DNA of 64,000 bases from Octopus sinensis (lineage: Eukaryota). Below the pieces are notes generated by a model. It saw only the letters and a program-made list of their open reading frames with translations. It searched no databases and was not told the origin of the DNA. Below are positions 1 through 12,644 of this stretch, one piece after another. Every line of letters begins with the position of its first letter. Positions within the stretch are counted from its first letter, which is position 1. The DNA lies in the NCBI RefSeq assembly GCF_006345805.1, contig NC_043017.1, positions 12,338,001-12,402,000 of the forward strand, in the 5' to 3' direction. Made by a program: the position numbers and the translations under genes.

Positions 1-250
1 GGTGACATTTGTTTACTGGTCATACTTCAAGAACCCTACGAAAAATTCTTACAGTTCCAAGCAATGCTGATTTTTGAAGGTGTTTTCTGCAAGTGATCCA
101 CCCTTATTGCAGCCCCTATTTGTTCCATGTACTTCTCAAGATTTTTGCTCACTGTTCCCAGTGCTCCGACAATTATTGGTACTACTACCACCTTTTTCAT
201 CGACCATAACTGCTTAACTTCCCAAGCTAACCTGTCATATCTATCAACTT
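1..250 (-). mobile_element. 3' fragment of RLE-type non-LTR retrotransposon (R4/Dong-like), same family as 25381-25910
   Basis: Minus strand reads WSMKKVVVVPIIVGALGTVSKNLEKYMEQIGAAIRVDHLQKT, the C-terminus of an RLE-LINE ORF; DNA closely matches ~25500-25670. Confidence 0.75.
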
Positions 251-849
251 TTTGGTCCGGAACTCTCGTGGGAAAAAAGTTTCGCGTCCCGGCAAAAGAA
301 CTCGATGGAATAAGTAGTAGGCATACAAAGAATAAGTTCTGGGGTCAATTTCTTCTGCTAAAACCCATTAAGGTGGTTACCCACCATGCTCACAACTTGC
401 CTGGGGTTAAACTACAAAAGCAACATTATACAAAAAAAACATTAACAACAACAGTAACAACATCAACAACTGAGTATTTGTCATAAAATATATCTTTATT
501 GTAATTTTATTTCAACAACACAAAATAACAGAGGAATTAGAAGAATTTATTAAATAATACTGAAAATATACATAATCTTGTTTGTTTATGGGCGTGCCCA
601 TAAGTATGACTCTCTCTCTCTCTCTCTGTCGCTCTCTCTCTCTCTCTTTTTTCTGTCTCTCTCTCTCTCTCTCTCCCTTCTCTGTCTCTCTGACTGTCTG
701 TCTCTGTCTCTTTCTATCTCTCTGTTCCTACTTCAGTGAACTTCCGGGTTTATTTGGCAATATGCATTTCAGTGACTGGGTTTTTATTTTTTTCTATTTA
801 TAAATGACTTGCCAATGTCAATATTTGTCCATGTCTATATACACATACA

Positions 850-1300
<451 letters not shown>

Positions 1301-1303
<3 letters not shown>

Positions 1304-1581
1304 ATAAGGGTTTTTTGCAACAAGTTGCTTAAACCACATACCGAAAATATTAGAAATAGCAGCCAAAAGACAACTATTTCCTTTTACTACAAATAGTAGT
1401 CTTTTGGCTGCTATTTCTAATATTTTCGGTACGTGGTTTAAGCAACATGTTGCAAAAAACCCTTATTATTATATAATTATATAAATTTTTACCGAATATG
1501 GTCCTTTTCCATACCGAAATACTACTAGGTGAAATTTGTTGATTTTATTAAATTAATTATATTTCACCCTATATCTGTAAT

Positions 1582-1585
<4 letters not shown>
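1301..1585 (+). mobile_element. Hairpin-plus-tail element, family H1, second diverged copy
   Basis: Palindrome 1301-1469 plus homologous tail ending ATCTGTAATGACT, flanked by (TA)n. Confidence 0.7.
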
Positions 1586-1623
<38 letters not shown>

Positions 1624-1872
1624 ATATGTATGTATATATACATAGATATAAGTAAATGAAGTTGGAAAAGGCACAAGAGAATAGTTTAGGGAATGTTTAA
1701 TATTTTTGTTAGTGAATGATGTAAAATATATCCGGTTTCATTGTATCCATCTTATCAAATATTAGAAAGAATTTTGAAGAGAAGAAAAAATTGGGGGTTA
1801 ACAGTGTGTACCCATATTTGAGTTCTTATTGGCTAAGAACTATAATTTCTCTCAACCCCTTTTCAACTATAA

Positions 1873-1903
<31 letters not shown>

Positions 1904-2404
1904 TGTATGTACGTACGCATATACATATGTATGTATGTATGTATGTATGCATGCATGCATGTGTGTGTGTGTGTTTGTATGTATGCATGTGTGTATGTAT
2001 GATATAAATTTCAATCTTTTAAGATATATTAAGTTTAGTTGTAACTTTAGAATCTCAAGTTGGATGCGATGTGAATCATGATAAATAATTTTTTCACTCG
2101 CTTGTCGATCAGTTGATATCGTTAAAAAAAGGCCATGCAGAAATATATTATAATATTTAACATATAAAAGGATTTATTTAAACTACCACCGTGTATGTAA
2201 TTCAATAGTGGTCTTATAATGCGTTTAAATAATAAATATTGATAATTTCATCAGCAATGGAGATCTAAATAAACGTTTAAAATTAAAAAAGAAAAAAGAA
2301 ATGAAAAACGCTTTCGTCATTAGAAGTTGAAGAATACATACTATACGGTTGACGCCAAAAGAATTTTTAAAAAAAGCGTCGAATACATATAACTCGGAGT
2401 CACA

Positions 2405-2452
<48 letters not shown>

Positions 2453-2517
2453 CAACAACAACAATATTAATGATAGTAATAATGATAATAATAATAATGA
2501 TCTTAACGTAAAAGTGT

Positions 2518-3438
2518 TCACAATTTCGGTACTTCTAGGGCCTTCCAGGTACCTGGGGGTTTCAACCTCATTTGGTCATCGTTCATGTAGAAAGCGAAAC
2601 CAATGTAATCCCAAAGCCGTTTCCTCTGCTCCTTGCCAACGAGAGAGGTGGAATATGGGATCCATTTCCAGGCTCCTTCCAATGGATTTTCGGCATTGTA
2701 CTCGAAAATATCGTTGTCGTTGCTCAAGTTGTCCAATGAACTGAACTTTTCTGTCCCCTTGGGGCAGACAATGATACCATACATCACTTCTCTCAAGTAT
2801 TTCGTTCTTTTATACGGATCCAAGTAGACAAACGTTCCATATTTCTTCAATTCGATCTCTTCACATTTCATGATAGTTTTATATTCTTCAATAATGTCTG
2901 TGATACTTGCTATGAAATTGTATTCTATAAACGGGAATAATTTCACCCGGAACATAGCGGACCTGATTAAGTGTTCTTCTAGTGTCGTCCGGTTATCTTC
3001 ACCCATGACATTTTTCAACAGATGGTCCCTCTTACTCTTGTTACTCGCTTTTAATCGTTCGTCATCTGGAGAATCGTAGATAAAATCGTGGGGGTAAAGG
3101 TGAAACCATGTAAAACAACAATCTTCGAATTCTCTACTGCTGGATCCCTTCGCCCCACGAAGACCTTCCCTTTCAATTGCTTCCACATGATTTTTGAAGG
3201 TCCCGTGGCACAAATAAGTGAAAGGATACACAGTTCGGCCGTGCTCGTCGACGTTCTTTTCACCGAAGCTAGCGATTAATTCAACATCGGAGATTTTGTC
3301 GAAATCCAATCCGTCCAATTGTATTTCAGGTAAGGGAACAAATGTGTTAAGTGTGTACTGACCCTTCTCTTCTGTCTTACTTATATCGTCCCACTGGTAT
3401 TCCTCAACAGCTTCGCTCAATCTCTGTCCTTTGCCCAT
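2518..3438 (-). CDS. Uncharacterised 306-aa single-ORF protein, paralogue 1 (putative ADP-ribosyltransferase-like fold)
   Basis: Complex-composition ORF, ATG in AACAACCATGG context, two paralogues in window; motifs YLCHGT (H78), AIEREGL, TWFHL, REVMY (E217), WDYIGFAF. Fold assignment is inference. Confidence 0.8.
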   Translation of the reverse strand: MGKGQRLSEAVEEYQWDDISKTEEKGQYTLNTFVPLPEIQLDGLDFDKISDVELIASFGEKNVDEHGRTVYPFTYLCHGTFKNHVEAIEREGLRGAKGSSSREFEDCCFTWFHLYPHDFIYDSPDDERLKASNKSKRDHLLKNVMGEDNRTTLEEHLIRSAMFRVKLFPFIEYNFIASITDIIEEYKTIMKCEEIELKKYGTFVYLDPYKRTKYLREVMYGIIVCPKGTEKFSSLDNLSNDNDIFEYNAENPLEGAWKWIPYSTSLVGKEQRKRLWDYIGFAFYMNDDQMRLKPPGTWKALEVPKL

Positions 3439-3483
3439 GGTTGTTTAAAAGGAAAACTGTCAGAAAGGAAACAGCTCGTGTTG

Positions 3484-3491
3484 TTTATATA
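3484..3491 (-). promoter_or_regulatory. Candidate TATA box of paralogue 1
   Basis: TATATAAA ~45 nt upstream of ATG, with Inr-like ACAGTT ~33 nt after its first T; retained at 11288-11295 in paralogue 2. Confidence 0.4.
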
Positions 3492-3996
3492 GGTGTGGCG
3501 CGAAAGAAAATGAAAGTGAAATAAACACGTCAGAACTAGTAGGCACTTAAGCTTTTCTGAGAATTGTGTGTGTGCGTATGGACGTATGTATGAAAATTTG
3601 TCTGCGTAAATGTTTGTGTGTGATAGTCTGTGTGTGTGTGTGCATTGGGTATACATACATACATACATACATACATACACACATACATACATACATACAT
3701 ACATACATACATACATACATACATACACACATACATACATACATATATATACGTGTGGGTGTGTATGTATGTACGTATGCGTATTTTTGTCTGTATGATA
3801 AAAAGAAATCACATTAACCCGAAAGATATCTCAATTGTTTTTGCGGGTTTATTTATTATATATTTTTACAAGAATGGCGGTTCCCCAGCATGGCTACAGC
3901 TCGTGAGCTGAAACTAGAATTAATCAATCAATAGTGGTCACAGAAACTTTAAAGTTCCGGCAGACAGTTCAGTGCGCGCGTGCACGGTCACACACA

Positions 3997-4035
<39 letters not shown>

Positions 4036-4128
4036 TTCACACAACCATAGGCATACTCTCACATATACCCATTTATGTATATCTGTACATGCATGTACAT
4101 GTGTATGTGTGTGTGTGTGTGTGTGCAC

Positions 4129-4196
<68 letters not shown>

Positions 4197-4198
<2 letters not shown>

Positions 4199-4487
4199 AG
4201 TGGTTAGGGCAGCGGACTTGCCGTTGTAGGATCGCGGTTTCGATTCCCAGACCGGGCGTTGTGAGTGTTTATTGAGCGTAAACACCTAAAGCTCCACGAG
4301 GCTCCGCAGGGGGTGGTGGCGATCCCTGCTGTACTCTTTCGCCACAACTTTCTCTCACTCTTTCTTCTGTTGGCCTGCTAGCTTAGCCTGCGGGGTGGCG
4401 TCACTTGAAGGCTAAAACAATGCAAAGCGCATTGTGACCAGCGATGTGTAGCAACATCTGGTAGCCTGGTCGGTCACGATGTTCACG

Positions 4488-4492
<5 letters not shown>
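4197..4492 (+). mobile_element. tRNA-derived SINE family C, variant 3' half
   Basis: CCAGTGGTTAGGGCAGCGGAC...GGTTTCGATTCCCAGACC A/B-box head shared with 18143-18519; different 3' body. Confidence 0.8.
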
Positions 4493-4537
<45 letters not shown>

Positions 4538-4539
4538 AT

Positions 4540-4790
4540 TCGTGTGGCATCCTGTCTTTATTTCGTATACAATCGATCCTCTTTCCAAGAAATCTAATGC
4601 CCGTAGCTTAGTTTTTCTTTGGGGCTGGCCGTATCGGAGCGATATCAGGATTAATCAGCCGAAATTGCTAAGATGATCCGGTTCCCGACTGAAGATTAGA
4701 GGCTTCGAATGACCCGTCTATTTTTTTGTGTCGTCTCTTTGCGTGTTTATGCGTTCTTGTCCCATTTTGTAATTTATATTTAATTTCTAC
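4540..4790 (+). mobile_element. Unclassified (TA)n-associated repeat family P (AGCCGAAATTGC family)
   Basis: Homologous to 30461-30595, 30688-30822, 36175-36555(-) and 37095-37465. Confidence 0.65.
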
Positions 4791-4903
4791 ACATACATAC
4801 ATATATATATATATCCCTGCTTCCATTTCCTGAGGGCCTATTAATAATAATACTGTAATTGTTCCATTGTTGTTGTTTTTTTGTTTCCCGTTTGGATTAA
4901 AAT

Positions 4904-4937
<34 letters not shown>

Positions 4938-5000
4938 GTATGTATGTATGTATGTATGTATGTATGTATGTATGTATGTATTACGTAATGTGTATGTATA

Positions 5001-6559
5001 TATAAAAAGTGAAGTTAAAAATTATCCGCAACATTGTTAAAACTTCCTTTTAGTTGCTCGCACTGTCTTCAGCGCTTGCGTGCTAAAAGGTGACACACTT
5101 GTTATGTAACAACAAGGTTTGACCTTGATCGTTCTGGTTTTCTGGGTTTTTTTTTTATGTGTGTGTCACCGAGTAAACACGGCCGTTCGTTCCACTGGCA
5201 GTGTGCATAAACGAAGAACAGAGATCAGTTACCGAATTTTTCTGGTCTGAGTGTGTGTCAAAGAATGAAATTCATCGCAGGATTTCAGTATGATACAAGG
5301 ACAACATAAAAGCAGAGTTGAACAATTACATCATTTTTCAGCAAAGTCTGTGAGTGAATCGAGAAATTTAAGAATGACCGGACAAGCGAGAAGTACCAAG
5401 CGGACACAGAACGTCCATGAACCTCCACCACTGGCGTGACGATTCAACAAGCTGGTGAGATTGTTCTGACGAATCGACGAATGACCACGATGAGGTGACA
5501 TGTTCTCTGCAAATTTGTCATGGTTCATCGCTTCCGTAAAGTTAGTGTGAGATGGGTGCAAAGAGAGCTTACCAAAGTGCATAAGCGCAATGGCGAGGAG
5601 ATCCTATTTCTTTATTACCCACAAGGGCCTAAACATAGAGGGGACAAACAAAGACAGACATAGGTATTAAGTCGATTACATCGTCCCCAGTGCGTAACTG
5701 GTACTTAATTTATCGACCCCGAAAGGATGAAAGGCAAAGTCGACCTCGACGGAATTTGAACTAACAACGTGACAACAGACGAAATACAGCTACGCATTTC
5801 GCCCGGCGTGCTAACGTTTCTGCCAGCTCGCCGCCTTTCGCCCGGCGTGCTAACGTTTCTGCCAGGAGATCCGTCAACGCTTGCTCGGCCGCTGCAAGGA
5901 TGAAGACGAAGCAGCTTGTCTGAAGAGAATAGTCACAGAAGATGAGGCATGAATCTATTACTTTGATCCAGAATCTTAAAAAGCAGTGTATGGAATGAAA
6001 ATATTCAGAATCGCCGTCGAAACAGAAATTCAATACTCAATCTTCCAAAGAAAATGTGACGCTAAATGTTTTTTGGGTTCAAAAGGGCTTATACCGAAAC
6101 CTTACCTGGAAAAAAAGGAGTCTTACAGTCACCAGTGCAATTCGTACCCAACGCCGAGATCTGATAAGTAAATGTTATTGTTGTACGACAAGGCATACCC
6201 AAATACAGCCGCTCATATCATTGAAACCATTGAAAATTTGGGTTCTGTGTTGCTAAGTCACCCTGCATACAGTCCAGATCTTCCTCCTTCCGACTATCAT
6301 GTCTTTTGAACGATTAAACATCCTTTACGAAGTCGTCGATTTGTTACAGACGAAGATGTGCAGGAAGCAGTGCATAAATGGCTGCACGGCCAGACGTAAA
6401 CTTTCTTCTCCGATAGAATAAGCAAGTCTGTTGAACTGCTGGAAGAAGTACACCGAAAAGCAAGGAGACTCTGTTGAAGAATGATGTAATTGTTCAACTC
6501 TGCTTTTATTTTAATTAAGTACAGCAACAAGAGATCAAATAATTTTTGACAACCTCGTA
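5001..6559 (+). mobile_element. Decayed mariner (DD34D-type) transposon, copy 1
   Basis: WVQRELT (WVPHEL-like), IVTEDEA, HPAYSPDLPPSDYHVF with stops and frameshifts; 3' end reverse complement TACGAGGTTGTCAAAAATTAT ending in TA. Confidence 0.9.
5605..5863 (-). mobile_element. tRNA-derived SINE family B inserted in the mariner
   Basis: GGCGGCGAGCTGGCAGAAACG head; GCCTTTCATCCTTTCGGGGTCGATAAATTAAGTACC core; TSD AGGAGATCC at 5596-5604 and 5864-5872. Confidence 0.9.
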
Positions 6560-7639
6560 GATACATACATGTACGTATCTCTTATGATAAAAGGCAGATT
6601 TTCTCTGCCTGTTCCCATGTTTCTGTTTAATAAAATTCTACAATATAGAATTTCTTCAATTGGAATTTACCTATGATTTTTCCAAGTAGATTCGATTGGG
6701 TCATGGCATGTAAAGTTTTTTCAATTTCACCCCCAATTAAGCAAAAATTCAAGAAAACTCAATATTTTACGATTTCCCTCTTTCATTTCAAGTGCTTCAC
6801 TCATTCCATTACCACTACACTTTCTCCTCCTTTCTTTTTGCAAGTGTGCAACAATTAAAGTGAAAGTATTTATATAACAGGGATGAGCCATTAATACTGG
6901 TCATCCTTTTTGCTAGAGGAAGATCCGCTATGGTCTTATATGCTACACCACTGGTTTTCAATTCATATTAATCAAATTAATATTCAATTTTTCACCCTTT
7001 TTATGTGTGTGTGTGTGTCTGTGTGTGTGTGTGTGTGTGTGTGTATTAGCAATTCGTATAAAATTGCATCAATGACTTGAACTTGAATAAGTGGTTTCAC
7101 ATAAATGGGGATAAATTAAAAAGGCTTGTTGTTATTATTATTACTGTTTGACTATTGTAATCACGTGGCATGTAAAGTTTATAGCTGCAACACATTATAT
7201 ATACCGTACTTAACACACACCATGACACACCACAAATGTACCCTGAACGAGAAGGACTATTCATTATAATACATCAGTTCCACACATTTACCCTGGTTCC
7301 ATTTCGGACAACTGCACAAACATTTGCCATTTGACACATGTATGTAAACAAATTCCTTTCTTAAAAATTTCAATTCATTTTCTTTTTCAATTTACGTTTC
7401 TATACACTTTACACAAATATTTGATTAAACAACTAAAACACTTCACATTTCGAACATGTACGTAAACAACTTCCATTCTTACAAATCTAACTTTATTTTC
7501 TTGCTTTTAACTCAACTTTCAATACACTTTACACACTCTGTCGCTATACTTGCATAAAAAATTTCTTTCAGCTGCAAATATTTCTTTCTTTTCCTTCCAC
7601 GGTTAACATTTTTCCACATTTCATTCACATTACAATTTC

Positions 7640-8027
7640 TATCTTTAAGTAACTTTCACCCTTTCTTTTTCACATAAAATGCCACCGAAAAAGAGAAGTC
7701 GTCTTCTAGGCTGTAGTCTCAGGCTCGGAATTTCTGGAACCACCGTTGACACTCCATATACTGCATAAATATTCCTCGCACTTTCCGTTGCGTGGTTGCC
7801 TTTATTGAATTCATGCAACAAAATATGCCGAACATGCTCCTTTGTTACTTCCATTTTGCTTTGAAAAAATAAACTTAAAATCGAACAGCACTCTTCAAAA
7901 CTTGCACTAAGAATAAGGTAAAATTACTACCTACTTTTATAGAAAGTTGATGAAGGTAGTTTATCCCGTCCCTCTCCGACTGTTCATACAATTGGAAAAA
8001 CCGCATTATTTATGGGATGACACAATA
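7640..8027 (-). mobile_element. 5' fragment of a second mariner family
   Basis: MEVTKEHVRHILLHEFNKGNHATESARNIYAVYG is a mariner N-terminal HTH region; TIR-like TATTGTGTCATCCCATAAATAATGCGG upstream. Confidence 0.8.
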
Positions 8028-8040
8028 CATGTATGTGTGT

Positions 8041-8118
<78 letters not shown>

Positions 8119-8690
8119 ATATATTGGAAGGTTTGGAGATGATATACAGATATTATATATTAGAAGAAATGAGGTAATCAGAAGATCGGATGGTTTATAT
8201 TTACATATATTTATTTATATATTACATTTTTTACATATATATCATATCATTTAGATCATATGTATGTGCGCATGTGCGTATGTATGTATACGCGCACGTA
8301 TGCATGTGCCCATGTATGTGTGTGCGTACATGTACGTGCGTATGTACATGTGTATGCCCATACGTAGGTATGTATGTATGTTTGTACTCATGTGCTACGT
8401 ATGTATGTGAGTGTCTAGGAGAATGGGCAGACGTGTCTGTGAGAGTGTGTACATGTGTATGTGTATGTGAACGTATGTCCGTGTACTGGCATGTGTCCGT
8501 CCAAGTTGTGTACATGACTATTACTTTGTTGAAGGTTGTATACATATTCACATATATGTTTGTATAGACGCACACACACATAAATATATGTGTGGGTGTG
8601 TGTTTGTTCCTCTCATCACCGTCTAACTGTGAATGGATATCCATTCACACTTTGATAAATTCTTATAAAGATTTTATCCTATTTTAAAAT

Positions 8691-8761
<71 letters not shown>

Positions 8762-8771
8762 CATATATAAA

Positions 8772-9208
<437 letters not shown>

Positions 9209-9954
9209 GTAATTAAGGGTTTAGTAACAAGTTGCTTCACCACATACCGAAAATTTAGAAATAGCAGCCACGGTCTTTTAGCTGCTATTTCTAAATTCTT
9301 ATTGGCTAAGAACTATAATTTCTCTCAACCCCTTTTCAACTATAAATATGTGTGTATGTATGTATGTATGTATGTATGTATGTACGTACGCATATACATA
9401 TGTATGTATGTATGTATGTATGTATGTGTATGTATGTATGTATGTATGTATGTATGTATGTATGTACGTACGCATATACATATGTATGTATGTATGTATG
9501 TATGCATGCATGCATGTGTGTGTGTGTGTTTGTATGTATGCATGTGTGTATGTATGATATAAATTTCAATCTTTTAAGATATATTAATTTTAGTTGTAAC
9601 TTTAGAATCTCAAGTTGGATGCGATGTGAATCATGATAATAATGTTTCACTCGCTTGTCGATCAGTTGATATCGTTAAAAAAAGGCCATGCAGAAATATA
9701 TTATACTCATTTAACATATAAAAGGATTTATTTAAACTACCACCGTGTATGTAATTCAATAGTGGTCTTATAATGCGTTTAAATAATAAATATTGATAAT
9801 TTCATCAGCAATGGAGATCTAAATAAACGTTTAAAATTAAAAAAAAAAAAGAATGAAAAACGCTTTCGTCATTAGAAGTTGAAGAATACATACTATACGG
9901 TTGACGCCAAAGAATTTTAAAAAAAGCGTCGAATACATATAACATGGAGTCACA

Positions 9955-10026
<72 letters not shown>

Positions 10027-10029
<3 letters not shown>

Positions 10030-10260
10030 GGGACCGTTTGAGCAGGATGGGCTACTCAACCTGAAGAAAATTCTAACTGGGCCCCACCTGCAAGGTCATG
10101 TGCTGTTTATCTTGATATGAGATCACCATGTCGCGCACATATGGTTGTGATGCATGTGCCTGGTGTACCTTTATCAGACGGGTAGTCATGATGGGTATAT
10201 TGGGCTTCGTATATTTTACCCCAGTGTCACTTTGATGGCATGAACTGCTCTCTCACTCAA
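10027..10260 (+). mobile_element. Non-coding (AAT)n-associated element family E, 5'-truncated
   Basis: Homologous to 24156-24616(-) and 27005-27545; absent at the paralogous (AAT)n at 2404-2500. Confidence 0.8.
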
Positions 10261-10346
10261 TAATAATAATAATAACAACAACAATAACAACAATTATATT
10301 AATGATAATAATAATGATAATAATAATAATCTTAACGTAAAAGTGT

Positions 10347-11258
10347 TCACAATTTCGGTACTTCTAGGGCCTTCCAGGTACCTGGAGGTTTCAACCTCAT
10401 TTGGTCATCGTTCATGTAGAAAGCGAAACCAATGTAATCCCAAAGCCGTTTCCTCTGCTCCTTGCCAACGAGAGAGGTGGAATACGGGATCCATTTCCAG
10501 GCTCCTTCCAATGGATTTTCGGCATTGTACTCGAAAATATCGTCGTCGTTGCTCAAGTTGTCCAATGAACTGAACTTTTCTGTCCCCTTGGGGCAGACAA
10601 TGATACCATACATCACTTCTCTCAAGTATTTCGTTCTTTCATACAAGTAGACAAACGTTCCATATTTCTTCAATTCAATGTCTTCACATTTCATGATAGT
10701 TTTATATTCTTCAATAATGTCTGTGATACTTGCTATGAAATTGTATTCTATAAACGGGAATAATTTCACCCGGAACATAGCGGACCTGATTAAGTGTTCT
10801 TCTAGTGTCGTCCGGTTATCTTCACCCATGACATTTTTCAACAGATGGTCCCTCTTACTCTTGTTACTCGCTTTTAATCGTTCGTCATCTGGAGAATCGT
10901 AGATAAAATCGTGGGGGTAAAGGTGAAACCATGTAAAACAACAATCTTTGAATTCTCTACTGCATAATTCCTTTGCACCTCGAAGACCTTCCCTTTCAAT
11001 TGCTTCCACATATTTGGTAGTACCGTGGCACAAATAAGTGAAAGCATACGCTGTTCGGTCGTGCTCGTCGACGTTCTTTTCACCGAAGCTAGCGATTAAT
11101 TCAACATCGGAGATTTTGTCGAAATCCAATCCGTCCAATTGTATTTCAGGTAAGGGAACAAATGTGTTAAGGGCGTATTGAACCTTCCATTCTGTCTTAC
11201 TTATATCGTCCCACTGGTATTCCTTACCAGCTTCGCTCAATCTCTGTCCTTTGCCCAT
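10347..11258 (-). CDS. Uncharacterised 303-aa protein, paralogue 2
   Basis: Intact ORF; differs from paralogue 1 by substitutions and two in-frame indels (FKNH vs TKY; LDPYK vs LYE). Confidence 0.8.
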   Translation of the reverse strand: MGKGQRLSEAGKEYQWDDISKTEWKVQYALNTFVPLPEIQLDGLDFDKISDVELIASFGEKNVDEHDRTAYAFTYLCHGTTKYVEAIEREGLRGAKELCSREFKDCCFTWFHLYPHDFIYDSPDDERLKASNKSKRDHLLKNVMGEDNRTTLEEHLIRSAMFRVKLFPFIEYNFIASITDIIEEYKTIMKCEDIELKKYGTFVYLYERTKYLREVMYGIIVCPKGTEKFSSLDNLSNDDDIFEYNAENPLEGAWKWIPYSTSLVGKEQRKRLWDYIGFAFYMNDDQMRLKPPGTWKALEVPKL

Positions 11259-11627
11259 GGTTGTTTAAAAGGAAACAGCTCGTGTTGTTTATATAGGTAT
11301 GGCGCGAGAGAAAATGAAAGTGAAATAACCGCATCAGAGCTATGTGAATAATATATGTGCGTATGGATGTATGTATGAAAATGTGTCTGCGTAAATGTTT
11401 GTGTGTGATAGTCTGTGTGTGTGTGTGTGTGTGTGTGCATGTGGGTATACATACATACATACACACACACATACATACATACACACACACATACATACAT
11501 ACACACATGCACACATACATACATACATACATACATACACATACATACATACATACATACATACACACATGCACACATACATACATACATACATACATAC
11601 ATACATAAATACATACATACATACACG

Positions 11628-11661
<34 letters not shown>

Positions 11662-11943
11662 CGTGTGGGTATGTATGTATGTATGTATGTATGTATGTAT
11701 GTATGCGTGTATGTATGTATGTATGTGTGTGTGTGTATGTATGTATGTATGTATGTACGTATGCGTATTTTTGTCTGTATGATAAAAAGAAATTACATTA
11801 ACCCGAAAGATATCTCAATTGTTTTTGCGGGTTTATTTATTATATATTTTTTACAAGAATAGTGGTCACAGAAACTTTAAAGTTCCGGCAGCAAGCTACT
11901 TACCACACAGCCACTCCTACGCCTTTAATTTCTATACATATAT

Positions 11944-11975
<32 letters not shown>

Positions 11976-11994
11976 ATATATATAATATATATAT

Positions 11995-12279
11995 ATATAA
12001 AGGAAATGAAGAAAATGCTGACAAAATAATTTAAGTAATTTAAGTAATTTAATTAGGTGAAATTCTTTTACACCGGTTGCGCATTTGTTATGCTTATCAA
12101 AGTTTTTTTCTCTTATCAGATAAGAGGAAAAAACTTTTGATAAGCATAACAAATGCGCAACCGGTAAAAAGAACTTTCACCTAATTAAATTACTTAAATT
12201 ACTTAAATTATTTTGCCAGCATTTTCTTCATTTCCTTTTTTATATATCACAACTCGTGTTCCACATCTCCCTTTTTAAA
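11995..12279 (+). mobile_element. Near-perfect ~250-bp palindrome plus ~32-bp tail in (TA)n (family H2)
   Basis: Arms meet at TCTTATC-A-GATAAGA (centre 12118); tail CACAACTCGTGTTCCACATCTCCCTTTTTAAA. Confidence 0.8.
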
Positions 12280-12291
12280 TATATATATATA

Positions 12292-12325
<34 letters not shown>

Positions 12326-12395
12326 CATATATATATATACATATATATAATACATATATATATATACATATATATACATATATATATATATATAT

Positions 12396-12438
<43 letters not shown>

Positions 12439-12566
12439 CTATATATATATATTATATAATTCGGGGTGAGTACTTGATGATTATAAGCACCTGTGTATAC
12501 CTTTGGTGGTGTAGGTGGTGGAGTAAATTGATCAAAATAAATAAAAAACATGATGCGAAGGATTCA

Positions 12567-12644
12567 GCGGTACATATGTTTCGGGCCTTTATTAGACAGA
12601 TTTATAACAATGCATAATGTATGTCTGTGGCCTTCTTCAGCCGC
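12567..12644 (-). ncRNA. Type I hammerhead ribozyme motif, left arm
   Basis: GCGG-CTGAAGA-AGGCC...GGCCC-GAAA-CATATG-TA-CCGC: core, stem I GCGG/CCGC, palindromic stem III ACATATGT; A.C mismatch at stem II base. Confidence 0.7.

Noticed and set aside
127-486. 119-aa ORF
   Set aside because: Antisense to a LINE remnant plus SINE-like and low-complexity sequence
2349-3279. Plus-strand ORFs overlapping paralogue 1 (likewise for copies 2 and 3)
   Set aside because: Antisense shadows; fragmented and not conserved as units
4685-4725. Hammerhead in family P (CTGA(A/G)GA...CGAAT)
   Set aside because: GAAT rather than GAAA in all copies, and no stem I or UH cleavage site could be built
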